Notes: generated by a model from the sequence alone, not told the origin. 39,686 bases of DNA from an uncultured Anaerolineaceae bacterium (GCA_964608885.1 CAZSPX010000001.1:21343-61028); one strand, 5' to 3'. Counted from the first letter of the stretch, positions 1 to 10,431 are shown. Program-made: numbers and translations.

Positions 1-672
1 CAGGTCAGCGTTTTTGATGCCAGCCAGGGACCATGCTATCGCTGCCTGTTCCCGGAACCGCCGCCGCCCGGGCTGGTCCCTTCCTGCGCAGAAGGGGGAG
101 TCCTGGGGGTCCTGCCTGGAACAATCGGAACCCTTCAAGCGACGGAGGCCCTGAAGGTGCTGTTGGGGATCGGCCAGCCGCTCGTTGGGAAGCTGCTCAT
201 CTACAACGCCCTCGACATGAGCTTTGACTTCGTCAAGCTGAAGAAAAATCCGCACTGCCGCGTCTGCGGTCCGGAGGCGGACATCCACGAGCTGATCGAT
301 TATGAGGAGTTCTGCGGCGTGCCGGGTCATGACCATGACGAAGGCTCGGCAGGAGCAGCATGGGATATCACGGCCCCGGAGCTGGCAGAGCGTGTCAAGA
401 CCAACCACCTCAAATTGGTGGATGTGCGCGAGCCCCACGAGCTGCAGATCTCTTCCCTGCCAGGGGCGGTCAACATCCCCCTGGGACAGCTGGCGGGACG
501 GCTGCCGGAACTGGATTCCGCGCAGGAGATGGTGATCTTCTGCAAATCAGGCACGCGTTCGGCGCGGGCGCTGGAGCTGCTGGTCAGTGCGGGGTTCAAG
601 AAGGTGAAGAACCTCAGAGGCGGCATCAATGCCTGGGCGCAGGAGATCGATCCAAGCCTGCCGCTGTACTGA
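1..672 (+). CDS. ThiF/MoeB-family adenylyltransferase with C-terminal rhodanese domain (MoeZ-like), 5'-truncated by the window edge
   Basis: Frame 1 is open from nt 1 (QVSVFDASQGPCYRCLFPEPPPPGLVPSCAEGGVLGVLPGTIGTLQATEALKVLLGIGQPL...). It has two CxxC zinc motifs (CYRC, CRVC) typical of MoeB/ThiF. The C-terminal rhodanese has the active-site loop FCKSGTRS (Cys codon 541-543). The ATG at 157 in the ORF track is internal. Confidence 0.9.
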   Translation, partial: QVSVFDASQGPCYRCLFPEPPPPGLVPSCAEGGVLGVLPGTIGTLQATEALKVLLGIGQPLVGKLLIYNALDMSFDFVKLKKNPHCRVCGPEADIHELIDYEEFCGVPGHDHDEGSAGAAWDITAPELAERVKTNHLKLVDVREPHELQISSLPGAVNIPLGQLAGRLPELDSAQEMVIFCKSGTRSARALELLVSAGFKKVKNLRGGINAWAQEIDPSLPLY

Positions 673-705
673 AACCTTTGTTCCTTGTCTGCCCCAATAA
701 ATCTA

Positions 706-749
706 CCAAAAGGACTGGCCGGTAGCTTTCCTGCCAGTCCTTTTGGTTT
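706..749 (+). terminator. Rho-independent terminator candidate downstream of the MoeB-like gene
   Basis: CCAAAAGGACTGGC (706-719) is perfectly complementary to GCCAGTCCTTTTGG (733-746), with a 13-nt loop. The GC core GGACTGGC/GCCAGTCC is followed by TTTTGGTTT. Confidence 0.6.
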
Positions 750-843
750 CCAGCGGCGGATAGGCATCTGCATCCAGTGACCAAATGGCGATGGAGAGAA
801 TCGGAGGGTTTGGTAAAATTGCGCCACCACCAAAGGAGCAGGA

Positions 844-2256
844 ATGACCGGTTTAGAGGAATCAGACGCGAGAAGGGTCTATAACAGCATTCTGGGAGCA
901 ATGGGGAATACCCCGCTGGTACGGCTGGCGCACATTGCGCGTGATCTGCCTGTCCCGCTTTATGCAAAATTGGAATACATGAATCCGGGCGGCTCGATCA
1001 AGGATCGGGTCGGTGCATACATCATCGAGCAGGCTGAGCGGCGAGGAGAGCTGAAAGCGGGCGGGACCGTTGTGGAGGCCACCTCGGGAAATACAGGGGT
1101 CGGCCTGGCGATCGCGGCGGCATTAAAGGGGTATAAGACGATCTTTGTGATGCCCGATAAGATGAGCAGGGAAAAGATCCTCCTGCTCCGGGCTTACGGC
1201 GCAAAAGTGGTGATCACCCCCACAGCCGTCCCTCCAGAAGACCCGCGTTCCTATTACGAGGTGGCAAAACGGTTCGCACGCGAGACGCCCAATGCCATCC
1301 TTGCGAACCAGTACCATAATCCCGACAACCCACGTACACATGAGATCTCGACGGGCCCGGAGATCTGGGACCAGACCGAGGGGAAGGTGACGGATGTCAT
1401 CATGGGGATGGGAACCGGAGGCACGATCAGCGGCGTGGGGCGTTACCTCAAATCGAAGAATCCCGCCATCCGGATCGTTGGCGTTGATATCGAAGGTTCC
1501 ATCCTGACCGAAATCTGGCAAAGCGGCGGGAAGATCCCCGAAGGGGCGTACCCGAAAACCTACAAGGTGGAAGGGATCGGGGAGGATTTCCTGCCTTCCA
1601 CTACTGATTTGAGCGTGGTGGATGAGATCGAGCGGGCGGGAGACCGGGAATCGTTCCTGTGGGCGCGCCAGCTTGTTCGGCAGGAAGGCATTTTTGCCGG
1701 TGGATCCTCCGGCTCTGCGTTGGCGGGGGCAATGAAATACTGCCGCAAGCTGTCTGCTGACCGCCTGCCGGTGGTACTTTTTCCGGACGCCGGTGGCCGA
1801 TACCTCTCCAAGTTCTACGACGACAAGTGGATGCGGGAGTTTGGCTTCCTTTCGATGGAGTTCGGTGAGATGACTCTCTCGGACCTGCTGCTGGCAAAGC
1901 CCAACCGGACGCTTTACACCGCCCGCCTGGGGGATACGATGCGGAATGTGGTCACGGTCATGCACCAGTACGCGGTCTCGCAGATGCCTGTGGTGGGAGA
2001 GGATGGCTCACTGGTGGGGCTGATCGAAGAGGTGGATCTCCTAAATCACATGGTGGAAAAGCATGACCACTCCCAGGAGGAGACGATCGATTCGCTGGTG
2101 CAAAATGCGGATGCGGTCTTTCCGGGCGAAGAAACCCTGGAGAATGCCATGCCCTATCTGCGCGATGGATTGGCGCTGATCGTCATGGATGGCGGCCGGC
2201 CGATCGGTATCCTGACCAAGATAGACGTGCTGGATTATGTAGCAGGGAAGATCTGA
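844..2256 (+). CDS. Cystathionine beta-synthase-type PLP enzyme (cysteine synthase fold plus C-terminal tandem CBS/Bateman domains)
   Basis: 470 aa. PLP-lysine motif NPGGSIKDR, ATSGNTG loop and GGSSGSA. The C-terminal ~130 aa has two CBS-like repeats (VSQMPVV...GLIEEVDLL; LALIVMD...GILTKIDVL). An AAGGAG RBS lies upstream of the ATG. Confidence 0.88.
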   Translation: MTGLEESDARRVYNSILGAMGNTPLVRLAHIARDLPVPLYAKLEYMNPGGSIKDRVGAYIIEQAERRGELKAGGTVVEATSGNTGVGLAIAAALKGYKTIFVMPDKMSREKILLLRAYGAKVVITPTAVPPEDPRSYYEVAKRFARETPNAILANQYHNPDNPRTHEISTGPEIWDQTEGKVTDVIMGMGTGGTISGVGRYLKSKNPAIRIVGVDIEGSILTEIWQSGGKIPEGAYPKTYKVEGIGEDFLPSTTDLSVVDEIERAGDRESFLWARQLVRQEGIFAGGSSGSALAGAMKYCRKLSADRLPVVLFPDAGGRYLSKFYDDKWMREFGFLSMEFGEMTLSDLLLAKPNRTLYTARLGDTMRNVVTVMHQYAVSQMPVVGEDGSLVGLIEEVDLLNHMVEKHDHSQEETIDSLVQNADAVFPGEETLENAMPYLRDGLALIVMDGGRPIGILTKIDVLDYVAGKI

Positions 2257-2302
2257 GAAATGCCGGGCCTCCCGGGAGAGCCCGCCGGGTTTACAGGCGG
2301 AG

Positions 2303-3927
<1,625 letters not shown>

Positions 3928-3928
<1 letters not shown>

Positions 3929-5703
3929 CAGGCAGCCTCCCCGGGGTTCGCCTCACGGCTGGCCTGGAGGGCAAGGTCAATAAAGAGGGCCGCGGTCCAG
4001 CCGAAGGCCGGCGCTGAGCGAGCCGGGGGGACGCCCGTCTCTGCACCGTAGTATTCGTAGGTGGAAGGCTGGGACATGATCATGTTGAGGGTAGCGGCGC
4101 GAAGCTCACGGGCGAGTTCCTTTTTGCGGACGACGTTCAGGGCCTCGATAAAGAAGTAATTGATATTTGCCCAAACCGGACCGCGCCACATAGTTTCCGG
4201 GTCGAAGGCGCGATCATCGCGCGCCACAGTGGGCAGCATGGGACTGCCCCAGAATTTCCGTTTGTTCGTGAGCTGGGCGAGCAGACGCTTTGTTATGCGC
4301 GCAGGAAGCCTGCCTGTCCAGAGAGGCAGCAAGTTCATCGGTGTGATGACAGGGATGGGCTCGCCGTTATGCATGGCTCGAAACACGCCTGCGCCCTCAT
4401 CCCAGAGGCGTTCCAACATGCGCTGGACAAGCATCTCCGCGCCCTGTTTCCAGAGGCCGGCTTCAGACCTGAGGCGCAGAGTTCGGGCGATGCGTTCCAG
4501 GGAGCGCATCGAAAGATACAAATAGGTGTTCAGGTCCGGCGCCTCAGCTGGCAGCCCGTGATCCCATAAAGGACTGTCATCCAGGCCGGAGGAGTAGGGG
4601 TGGAAGTATTGTGCCAGACCATTGTGGTCCGGATCATTTTGTTGAAGCCACCAGGTATTCAACCTGGCGAGGGCCGGATAGATTTCCCTCAGAAAGCCGT
4701 TATCCGGGGCTACCTCGTGGATCTTCAGGGCAGCCCAGGCCAGGATCGGCGGCTTGGTCACCTTGCCAGGGATTGGATGATTCAACTCGAAGAGGGCGGC
4801 TTCATCGAAGATGGCGTCCGGGAGCATCCCATCGGGCTGCTGCAGCATGAGAAAGGCGCGGATCTGGTCACGCGCCAGTTGGGGATCCACGTGCCGGAGT
4901 GCAATGGCATGCAGGGCATTATCCCAGAGCCACAACCCGATATAGGAGGCCTTGGAGGGAGCCAGGGATTCAAATTGTATGCAGCCTCGCGGGCTGACCA
5001 TATTATTGCCCATGACCCACCATGCGTAGGCGTACTTTTCCGCATATTCCTCCGAGACGGGTGGAACCGGTGAAAACCACGCCTTCCAGCGCTCCAGGGC
5101 CTGCTTTTGCATTTCAGAGAAAGCCGGGATGATCTCCGGAAGCCCCGGCGCCTCGCCGATCTTGAGCAGGATGCTCCTGTCCAAACCCGGCTCGAGGAGG
5201 AGCTCAATGACTGCGCCGCTCGCATCCGGGGTGATCTCGGTCCGAAGGGTGCCCGCATTGGAGCCGTAGACCACGCTGCGGACCGGGTCGCAATCCTGGC
5301 CGGGGCGAAAATGCTGGTGATTCACATGGAAGCGTATGCCGGCCGAGCCACGGGGCGGAAGACCGATGGCGAGGGTGTCCTCGCCGGCAAAGACCAGCTT
5401 GAACTTTCCGAGCCGGGTCTGAAAAATCAAGATCTCCGGTGAAGCATCGGACTCGAAAGGGAGCGGCTGGCCGCTCTGGTCTATGAACTGAAGAGACTGG
5501 ATGAAAGGCGGCCGGTTCAGGTAGGCCTCGGGATGCGGGTCCAGAGCCGTCAACCGTTCTCCCAGGCGGATCTGCAGGCTGCTGCGGCCAGGGGCCTGTT
5601 GCAGAACCAGCCGCGAACCGCGATCACTGTATGGAACGCGCGTAAGGTCGATCTGGCCGCGCAGCAGATCCAGATAATCAGGGCTATTCCGGGTATCCTG
5701 CAT
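3928..5703 (-). CDS. GH63-like / trehalase-like (alpha/alpha)6-barrel glycoside hydrolase (possible glucosyl- or mannosylglycerate-type hydrolase)
   Basis: Motifs include [27 protein letters not shown] and [17 protein letters not shown], preceded by an N-terminal beta-sandwich-like region. I chose the ATG at 5703 ([11 protein letters not shown]). The track start at 5769 is a TTG that overlaps the upstream permease by 56 nt. Confidence 0.7.
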
Positions 5704-5713
5704 TATCGAGCTA

Positions 5714-6898
5714 TCAACCTTTGACCGCACCTGCCAGCATACCGCGGACAAAGTAACGCTGGAAGCCAAAGAAGACCAGCATGGGCAGGATCATGGAGAG
5801 GAACGCTGCGGCAGTCAAAAGCTGCCAGCCAGCCCCGTGCGAAGTGACCATGTTGCTGATCTGGTAGGTCATTACCGGGTTGTTGCCTCCCAGGAAGACC
5901 AGGGCGACCAGCAGGTCGTTCCATACCCACAGGAACTGGAAGATTCCCAGGGAGGCGATGGCCGGCATCGCGAGAGGGATGACCAGGTTGCGGAAGATGG
6001 TCCAGTGTGAAGCGCCGTCTATATAGGCGGCCTCGAACAGGTCGCTGGGCAGGGAGCCCAGGAAATTCCGCATCAGATAGATGGCATAGGGCAGGCCGAA
6101 GCCGGTGTGGAACAGCCAGACGCCCAGGAAGGTTCCGTTCAGCCCCACGGCGGCATAGAAGCGGGAGATCGGGACCAGGGTCATCTGGAGGGGCACAACC
6201 TGGAGCCCAACGAGGATCGCGAAGAGCAAATAGCGTCCTTTAAAATGGAGCCAGGAGAAGGCATATCCCGCGAAGGCCGCGAACAGGATCGGGAGGATGG
6301 TGGCAGGGATGGTGACCAGCAGGCTGTTGATGAAGGCGCGGCCCATTCCGCGCGGATTCAGAAAATCTCGTGCAGTGCAGCTCAAGTCCAGGGATTGGGT
6401 GCCATCTGCACAGTCCTGGGCGTAGGTGCGGGTGCCGCGGTAGCCCACCAGCGCGTCCACATAATTACTCACGGTGAAGCGGGCGCCTCCCTGCGCCGAA
6501 GCGGGATCTTTCAGGTAGGCGGCAATGTCTGCGGCTTCCTGCGGGCTGGGGAGCGGGATATCGCCCATGTGAGGCTGGCCATTGATGGGTTTCTTAAGCA
6601 TGGCCAGTAACTGCAGAGAGCGTGGGTATTTTCCGGAAATCTCAGGATTGCTGAGGTCCGCGTTGGGAAGGGCACGCCCGTCATCGCCATGGCAGGAAGA
6701 GCAGAAAGTTGCGTAGGGGGAGGTGGCCTTTGCCGGGGCGAAAACAGTCCACCATCCGGTGGCGTTGATATCCTGGATGGGCCGGAGGGAGGTCACCAGA
6801 AGACCCACCGTCGGGATCACCCAGACCAGGAGGGTGAAGATGATGATGACGTGGACAGGGAGCTGGCTAAAGAACTTGTTGATGCGATCGCGGTTCAT
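5714..6898 (-). CDS. Carbohydrate ABC transporter permease (MalG-type) with an inserted cytochrome c-like CxxCH domain in its first extracytoplasmic loop
   Basis: 394 aa from the ATG at 6898 (MNRDRINKFF...), which forms an ATGA overlap with the stop of the upstream permease. EAA-type loop FEAAYIDGASHWTIFRNLVIPLAMP. Insert: ATFCSSCHGDDG ... GQPHMGD ... SPQEAADIAAYLK. The upstream 93 codons of the track ORF (His/Arg/Gly-rich) overlap the preceding gene and were discarded. Confidence 0.85.
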   Translation of the reverse strand: MNRDRINKFFSQLPVHVIIIFTLLVWVIPTVGLLVTSLRPIQDINATGWWTVFAPAKATSPYATFCSSCHGDDGRALPNADLSNPEISGKYPRSLQLLAMLKKPINGQPHMGDIPLPSPQEAADIAAYLKDPASAQGGARFTVSNYVDALVGYRGTRTYAQDCADGTQSLDLSCTARDFLNPRGMGRAFINSLLVTIPATILPILFAAFAGYAFSWLHFKGRYLLFAILVGLQVVPLQMTLVPISRFYAAVGLNGTFLGVWLFHTGFGLPYAIYLMRNFLGSLPSDLFEAAYIDGASHWTIFRNLVIPLAMPAIASLGIFQFLWVWNDLLVALVFLGGNNPVMTYQISNMVTSHGAGWQLLTAAAFLSMILPMLVFFGFQRYFVRGMLAGAVKG

Positions 6899-7857
6899 CG
6901 GGTCTCCTCCTGCGCGATGAAGCGCTTGATGTTTAAGTAGACGAAGGGGATGATGACAACCACCAGGATGACGGCCACGGCGGTGCCCCGGCCCACGTTG
7001 AAGTTCTTGTACATCTCGGTGTACATACGGTTGGCGATCACATCGGTACCGTAGTTTCCACCGGTCATCACATACACAATATCGAAGAGTTTTAGCACAT
7101 TGATGACCATGGTGGTGATCACGACGAGGATGGTGGGCATGATGATCGGCACCATGATCTTCCAGAAGGTGGTCCACTCTGTGGCGCCATCCACACGGGC
7201 GGCTTCCAGGATCTCATCGGGGACCGCTTTCAAGGCCGCCGAGAGGATAGTCATGCAGAAACCGGTCCACATCCAGACGCCCACCACAATGAGAGCAAAG
7301 GTGTTCACCACGGGCGTGGACATCCATGAGACGGGCTTTCCGCCGAGGGCTGTGATCATGGAGTTCAGCAGACCGATTTGGACCTGGGAGGTACCGTAGT
7401 CGTAGACGAATTTCCAGATGATGCCGGCGCCGACAAAGGAGATGGCCATGGGCATGAAGATGATCGCCTTGGCCAAAGCCTCATATTTGACCCGGTCCGC
7501 CAACACGGCAAAGGCCAGGCCAATCGAGACGGTGCCCGCGGTCATGAAGATGATCCATTTCAGATTGTTGCCGAAGGAGGAGCTCCAGAACGAGCTCCAG
7601 AGGGTCCCTATGTTTCGGGCGTCGATCTCATCTGTCAGTGCATGGCGGTAGTTCTCGAAGGCTCCCCAGCAGGGCTGCCCCGTTGTACAAGTGGAAGCCG
7701 CCGGGGCTGTACCGTTCTTGTTGCTGAAGCTCAAACCTATGGTGTTGATCATGGGATAAACGATGAAGAAAGACATCACCACCAGGGCAGGAAGGAGATA
7801 CAGCCAGGGCGCCAGCCGCCCCTGTTTCATGATCTTGGGAACATTCGTCGCGGCCAT
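6895..7857 (-). CDS. Carbohydrate ABC transporter permease (MalF-type)
   Basis: 320 aa from the ATG at 7857 (MAATNVPKIMKQGRLAPWLYLLPALVVMSFFIVYP), preceded by a GAGGAG RBS. EAA loop LEAARVDGATEWTTFWKIMVPIIMP. There are multiple TM segments. Confidence 0.88.
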   Translation of the reverse strand: MAATNVPKIMKQGRLAPWLYLLPALVVMSFFIVYPMINTIGLSFSNKNGTAPAASTCTTGQPCWGAFENYRHALTDEIDARNIGTLWSSFWSSSFGNNLKWIIFMTAGTVSIGLAFAVLADRVKYEALAKAIIFMPMAISFVGAGIIWKFVYDYGTSQVQIGLLNSMITALGGKPVSWMSTPVVNTFALIVVGVWMWTGFCMTILSAALKAVPDEILEAARVDGATEWTTFWKIMVPIIMPTILVVITTMVINVLKLFDIVYVMTGGNYGTDVIANRMYTEMYKNFNVGRGTAVAVILVVVIIPFVYLNIKRFIAQEETR

Positions 7858-7870
7858 GTGCTTCTCCTCA

Positions 7871-7912
7871 TAAGCAAGACCGGGGACGCCTTGTTCGGGC
7901 GTCCCCGGCAAA
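7871..7912 (-). terminator. Strong intra-operon stem-loop between the binding-protein gene and the first permease gene (partial terminator / mRNA stabiliser candidate)
   Basis: A perfect 11-bp GC-rich stem, CCGGGGACGCC (7880-7890) / GGCGTCCCCGG (7898-7908), with a 7-nt loop. On the minus-strand transcript it is followed by UCUUGCUUAU. Confidence 0.5.
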
Positions 7913-7922
7913 ACGAGACAGG

Positions 7923-9287
7923 TTATTTCGCGAGGGCTTCCTTCTGGGCAGCTGCCACAGGTGCAAGTGCAGCAGCAAGATCGCCGCCATTGAGATAGTC
8001 CACAATGGCTTTCCATTCGGCAGAGCCGAAGCCGCCGGGGATCGTATCACCGAGGTCGGGAGTGAAACCCTGGGTGGCGTAGAAGGCTTCGGCAGTCTTC
8101 ATCAAGGCAGGATCGGTGAAGTTACCCTCAGCGCCCTTGTTGGGGGAGAGGCCGAAATTGGCCTTGGCCCAGTTGGCACCGCCTTCAGACGATGCCAGGT
8201 AGGTAACAAGCGCCTTGACGGCGGGCTTGTCGCTGAAGGCCATCATCCAATCGGAACCGCCCTGCAGGCCCTTGGCGCCCGGGACGACGAAGAAGTCATA
8301 ATCGGTGCCGTATTTGAGATCCGGGAACTGTTTGGCGATCTCAGCGCCTGCAAAACCGGATTGCTTGACCATCATGGCTTCCGGTGGGTCGGCAAAAGGT
8401 TTGTAGATGGCTTGCAGGAAGGCAGTGGAGAGTGTGCCTTCTGCGCCGCCTACCGTGTACTTCGGATCCTTCGCCCATTTTCCATAGGTCTCGTAGGCCT
8501 GCTGGACGCCGGCATCATCATAGGCGATGCTTCCATCGATCAGGCCTTTGACATAATCCGGTCCCTGCTGGACAAGGAGAATGTCCTGTATGAAGTCCGA
8601 ACCGGTCCAGCCTGTGGCATCACCGGATTCAAGACCCATGGACCAGGGAACATTCCCATCAGCGACCATTTTCTCGACCAGGGCATCCAGCTCATCCCAG
8701 GTAGTGGGGACGGTGTAGCCGAGAGCCTCGAAGTTGACCGGGCTGTACCAGATGATGGTTTTGACATCGGACTTGACAGGCAGGCCGAGCCATTTTCCAT
8801 CCACCATGCCGGGGTCAATGGCTCCGGGGATATAGGCATCCTTGCTGGCGCCAAGCTCGTCCATCGCGAACAGTTTGTCCTTGTACTGGTTGAGCTGGGT
8901 CACATTCCAGAAGGCAAGATCCGGGGGAGTGCCAGCCTGGACCCGGGTATCCAGCAGAGCCTGGTCGCGGGTGGACTCAGGTTTTAGCACGATACCGCAG
9001 GCATCCACGAGGGGCTGAAGGATCTTGTTGAGGCTTTCCTCTTCCACGCCTGACCACTGGTAGATCATGCTGATTTCATCACCTGAGGCAGCGCCCATAC
9101 AATCGATGGCGGCAGCAGGCGGTTCGGTGGCGGCCTCGGTGGGAGCCTCAGTGGGCGCCATGGTGGGCGCTTCTGTGGCGGCCGGGGGTTCGGTCATCAC
9201 CGGGGTCGGCGTGGCCTGAGTGCCGCAGGCTGCAAGCAGGATGGCAAACAGCGAAACCAGTGTCAGCAACTTGCTAATTCTTGACAT
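7923..9287 (-). CDS. Sugar ABC transporter substrate-binding lipoprotein
   Basis: Start is the ATG at 9287 (MSRISKLLTLVSLFAILLAAC, lipobox LAAC) with a GGAGG RBS. A Pro/Thr/Ala/Glu-rich tether follows, then a family-1 extracellular solute-binding fold (IYQWSG..., WYSPVNF, GGSDWMMAF). Confidence 0.88.
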   Translation of the reverse strand: MSRISKLLTLVSLFAILLAACGTQATPTPVMTEPPAATEAPTMAPTEAPTEAATEPPAAAIDCMGAASGDEISMIYQWSGVEEESLNKILQPLVDACGIVLKPESTRDQALLDTRVQAGTPPDLAFWNVTQLNQYKDKLFAMDELGASKDAYIPGAIDPGMVDGKWLGLPVKSDVKTIIWYSPVNFEALGYTVPTTWDELDALVEKMVADGNVPWSMGLESGDATGWTGSDFIQDILLVQQGPDYVKGLIDGSIAYDDAGVQQAYETYGKWAKDPKYTVGGAEGTLSTAFLQAIYKPFADPPEAMMVKQSGFAGAEIAKQFPDLKYGTDYDFFVVPGAKGLQGGSDWMMAFSDKPAVKALVTYLASSEGGANWAKANFGLSPNKGAEGNFTDPALMKTAEAFYATQGFTPDLGDTIPGGFGSAEWKAIVDYLNGGDLAAALAPVAAAQKEALAK

Positions 9288-9390
9288 TTTCTCGTCCTCC
9301 GAAGAATTGGTTGGAAACAACACGGTCGAACCTGGACAAGTCAGGGTTGAAAGCGATCACCTCCTTTCAGGCCGATAAAGAAGTCTCCAA

Positions 9391-10431
9391 TCAGGACGGA
9401 ACAGCGGATAGGCCGCTGGAGACTCTCACGATCAATTCCGATTCGACCAGCACATCATGCTCGTCCAAGCCCTCTCCGCGGATCAGACGGATCAGGCGCT
9501 CGCTGGCGGCCCAGCCAAGACCGAAAGCAGGCAGGCGGATGGTGGTCAGCGGGGGGTCAAGGTATTCCGCCAGGGGGATATCGTCGAACCCAACCACAGC
9601 GATATCCTGCGGTATGCCCAAACCGGCTTTCTTGATCGCCAGCAAGGCGCCCACGGCGACCACATCACTGGCGACGAAGACCGCGTCTGGACGGGGATTG
9701 CCATCCAGCAGTTCCTGCATGGCATGAAAGCCGCTGGCAGGGGTAAAGGATCCTTCCTGGATGAGGGCAGGCTCCATTTGGATGCAGGCCTTTTCCAGGG
9801 CGGCGATGTACCCGCTGCGGCGCTGCTGGGCCGAGGTATAAGAAAGGGGAGCATTGGTGATCAGGGCGATCCGCCGTTTTCCGCCCTCGATGAGATGGTT
9901 GACGGCCGCCTCGGCGCCGGCTTTGGCATCGACATCCACAAAAGGGATATCCGTACCCGGGAGCTGGCCCATGAGCATGACGGGAACCCCCTCCTGGTGA
10001 AGGCGCAAAATTTCCCGATCGCTCTGCCGCGGACCGGAGAGAAGGATCCCATCCACATGGTTCTCTTTGATAAGCCGTGTGTATCCAGTGGAGTCATCCG
10101 GCGAGACGGGATTCAACAACACGTGAAACCCCTGCTTCATGGCAGCCTGCTCCACCCCCAGGATCACCCGGGGAAGGAAGGCATCCACAAAAACCTGTTC
10201 GCGGGACTGGCTGAGGATGAGACCGAGAGTATTCGACTTCCCGCTCACAAGCCTGCGGGCGGCGGAATTGGGGAAATAGTTGAGGGATTGTGCGGCCTCA
10301 CGCACACGCTGGCGGGTGGCCTCGCTGATGCTGATCCCTGGGACCTCGTTCAGGACAAACGAGACCGTCGAGCGGGAGACCCCGGCCTCTTTCGCGACAT
10401 CCAGACTGGTGGCACGCTTGGTGGGTGGCAT
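9391..10431 (-). CDS. LacI-family transcriptional regulator
   Basis: 346 aa. The N-terminal HTH is TSLDVAKEAGVSRSTVSFVLN, followed by a periplasmic-binding-protein-like sugar-binding core (VDGILL, VVGFDDIPLAEY). Confidence 0.92.
   Translation of the reverse strand: MPPTKRATSLDVAKEAGVSRSTVSFVLNEVPGISISEATRQRVREAAQSLNYFPNSAARRLVSGKSNTLGLILSQSREQVFVDAFLPRVILGVEQAAMKQGFHVLLNPVSPDDSTGYTRLIKENHVDGILLSGPRQSDREILRLHQEGVPVMLMGQLPGTDIPFVDVDAKAGAEAAVNHLIEGGKRRIALITNAPLSYTSAQQRRSGYIAALEKACIQMEPALIQEGSFTPASGFHAMQELLDGNPRPDAVFVASDVVAVGALLAIKKAGLGIPQDIAVVGFDDIPLAEYLDPPLTTIRLPAFGLGWAASERLIRLIRGEGLDEHDVLVESELIVRVSSGLSAVPS

Noticed and set aside
750-847. A possible riboswitch or upstream ORF before the cystathionine-beta-synthase-type gene. 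ACCAAA (780-785) and ACCAAA (829-834) could alternately pair with TTTGGT (809-814). A 20-codon ORF (785..847, MAMERIGGFGKIAPPPKEQE) ends in an ATGA overlap with the cbs start.
   Set aside because: The helices are only 6 bp and AU-rich. I could align no SAM/SAH riboswitch consensus. The small ORF has no RBS, and an open 20-codon frame in GC-rich DNA is easily chance.
2257-2302. A terminator between the convergent cbs-type and treS genes.
   Set aside because: Only short 5-bp GC hairpins are present (CCGGG/CCCGG, CCGCC/GGCGG), with no U-tracts. That is too weak to annotate.
6899-7177. N-terminal extensions of track ORFs. These include 5714..7177, and also 6895..8016, 27647..28738, 23190..24455, 14413..15570, 17123..17779, 10943..11413 and 3928..5769.
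   Set aside because: The extensions overlap the preceding gene or an opposite-strand gene and have odd composition. Internal ATGs with RBS or ATGA coupling give proteins that start where the family normally starts.
9348-9361. A cre/LacI-like operator match, TGAAAGCGATCACC, upstream of the binding-protein gene.
   Set aside because: It fits the degenerate TGWNANCGNTNWCA pattern at 13 of 14 positions, but its two halves are barely palindromic (2 of 6). TGAAAG also pairs with a nearby CTTTCA as a simple hairpin. That is not enough to call an operator.
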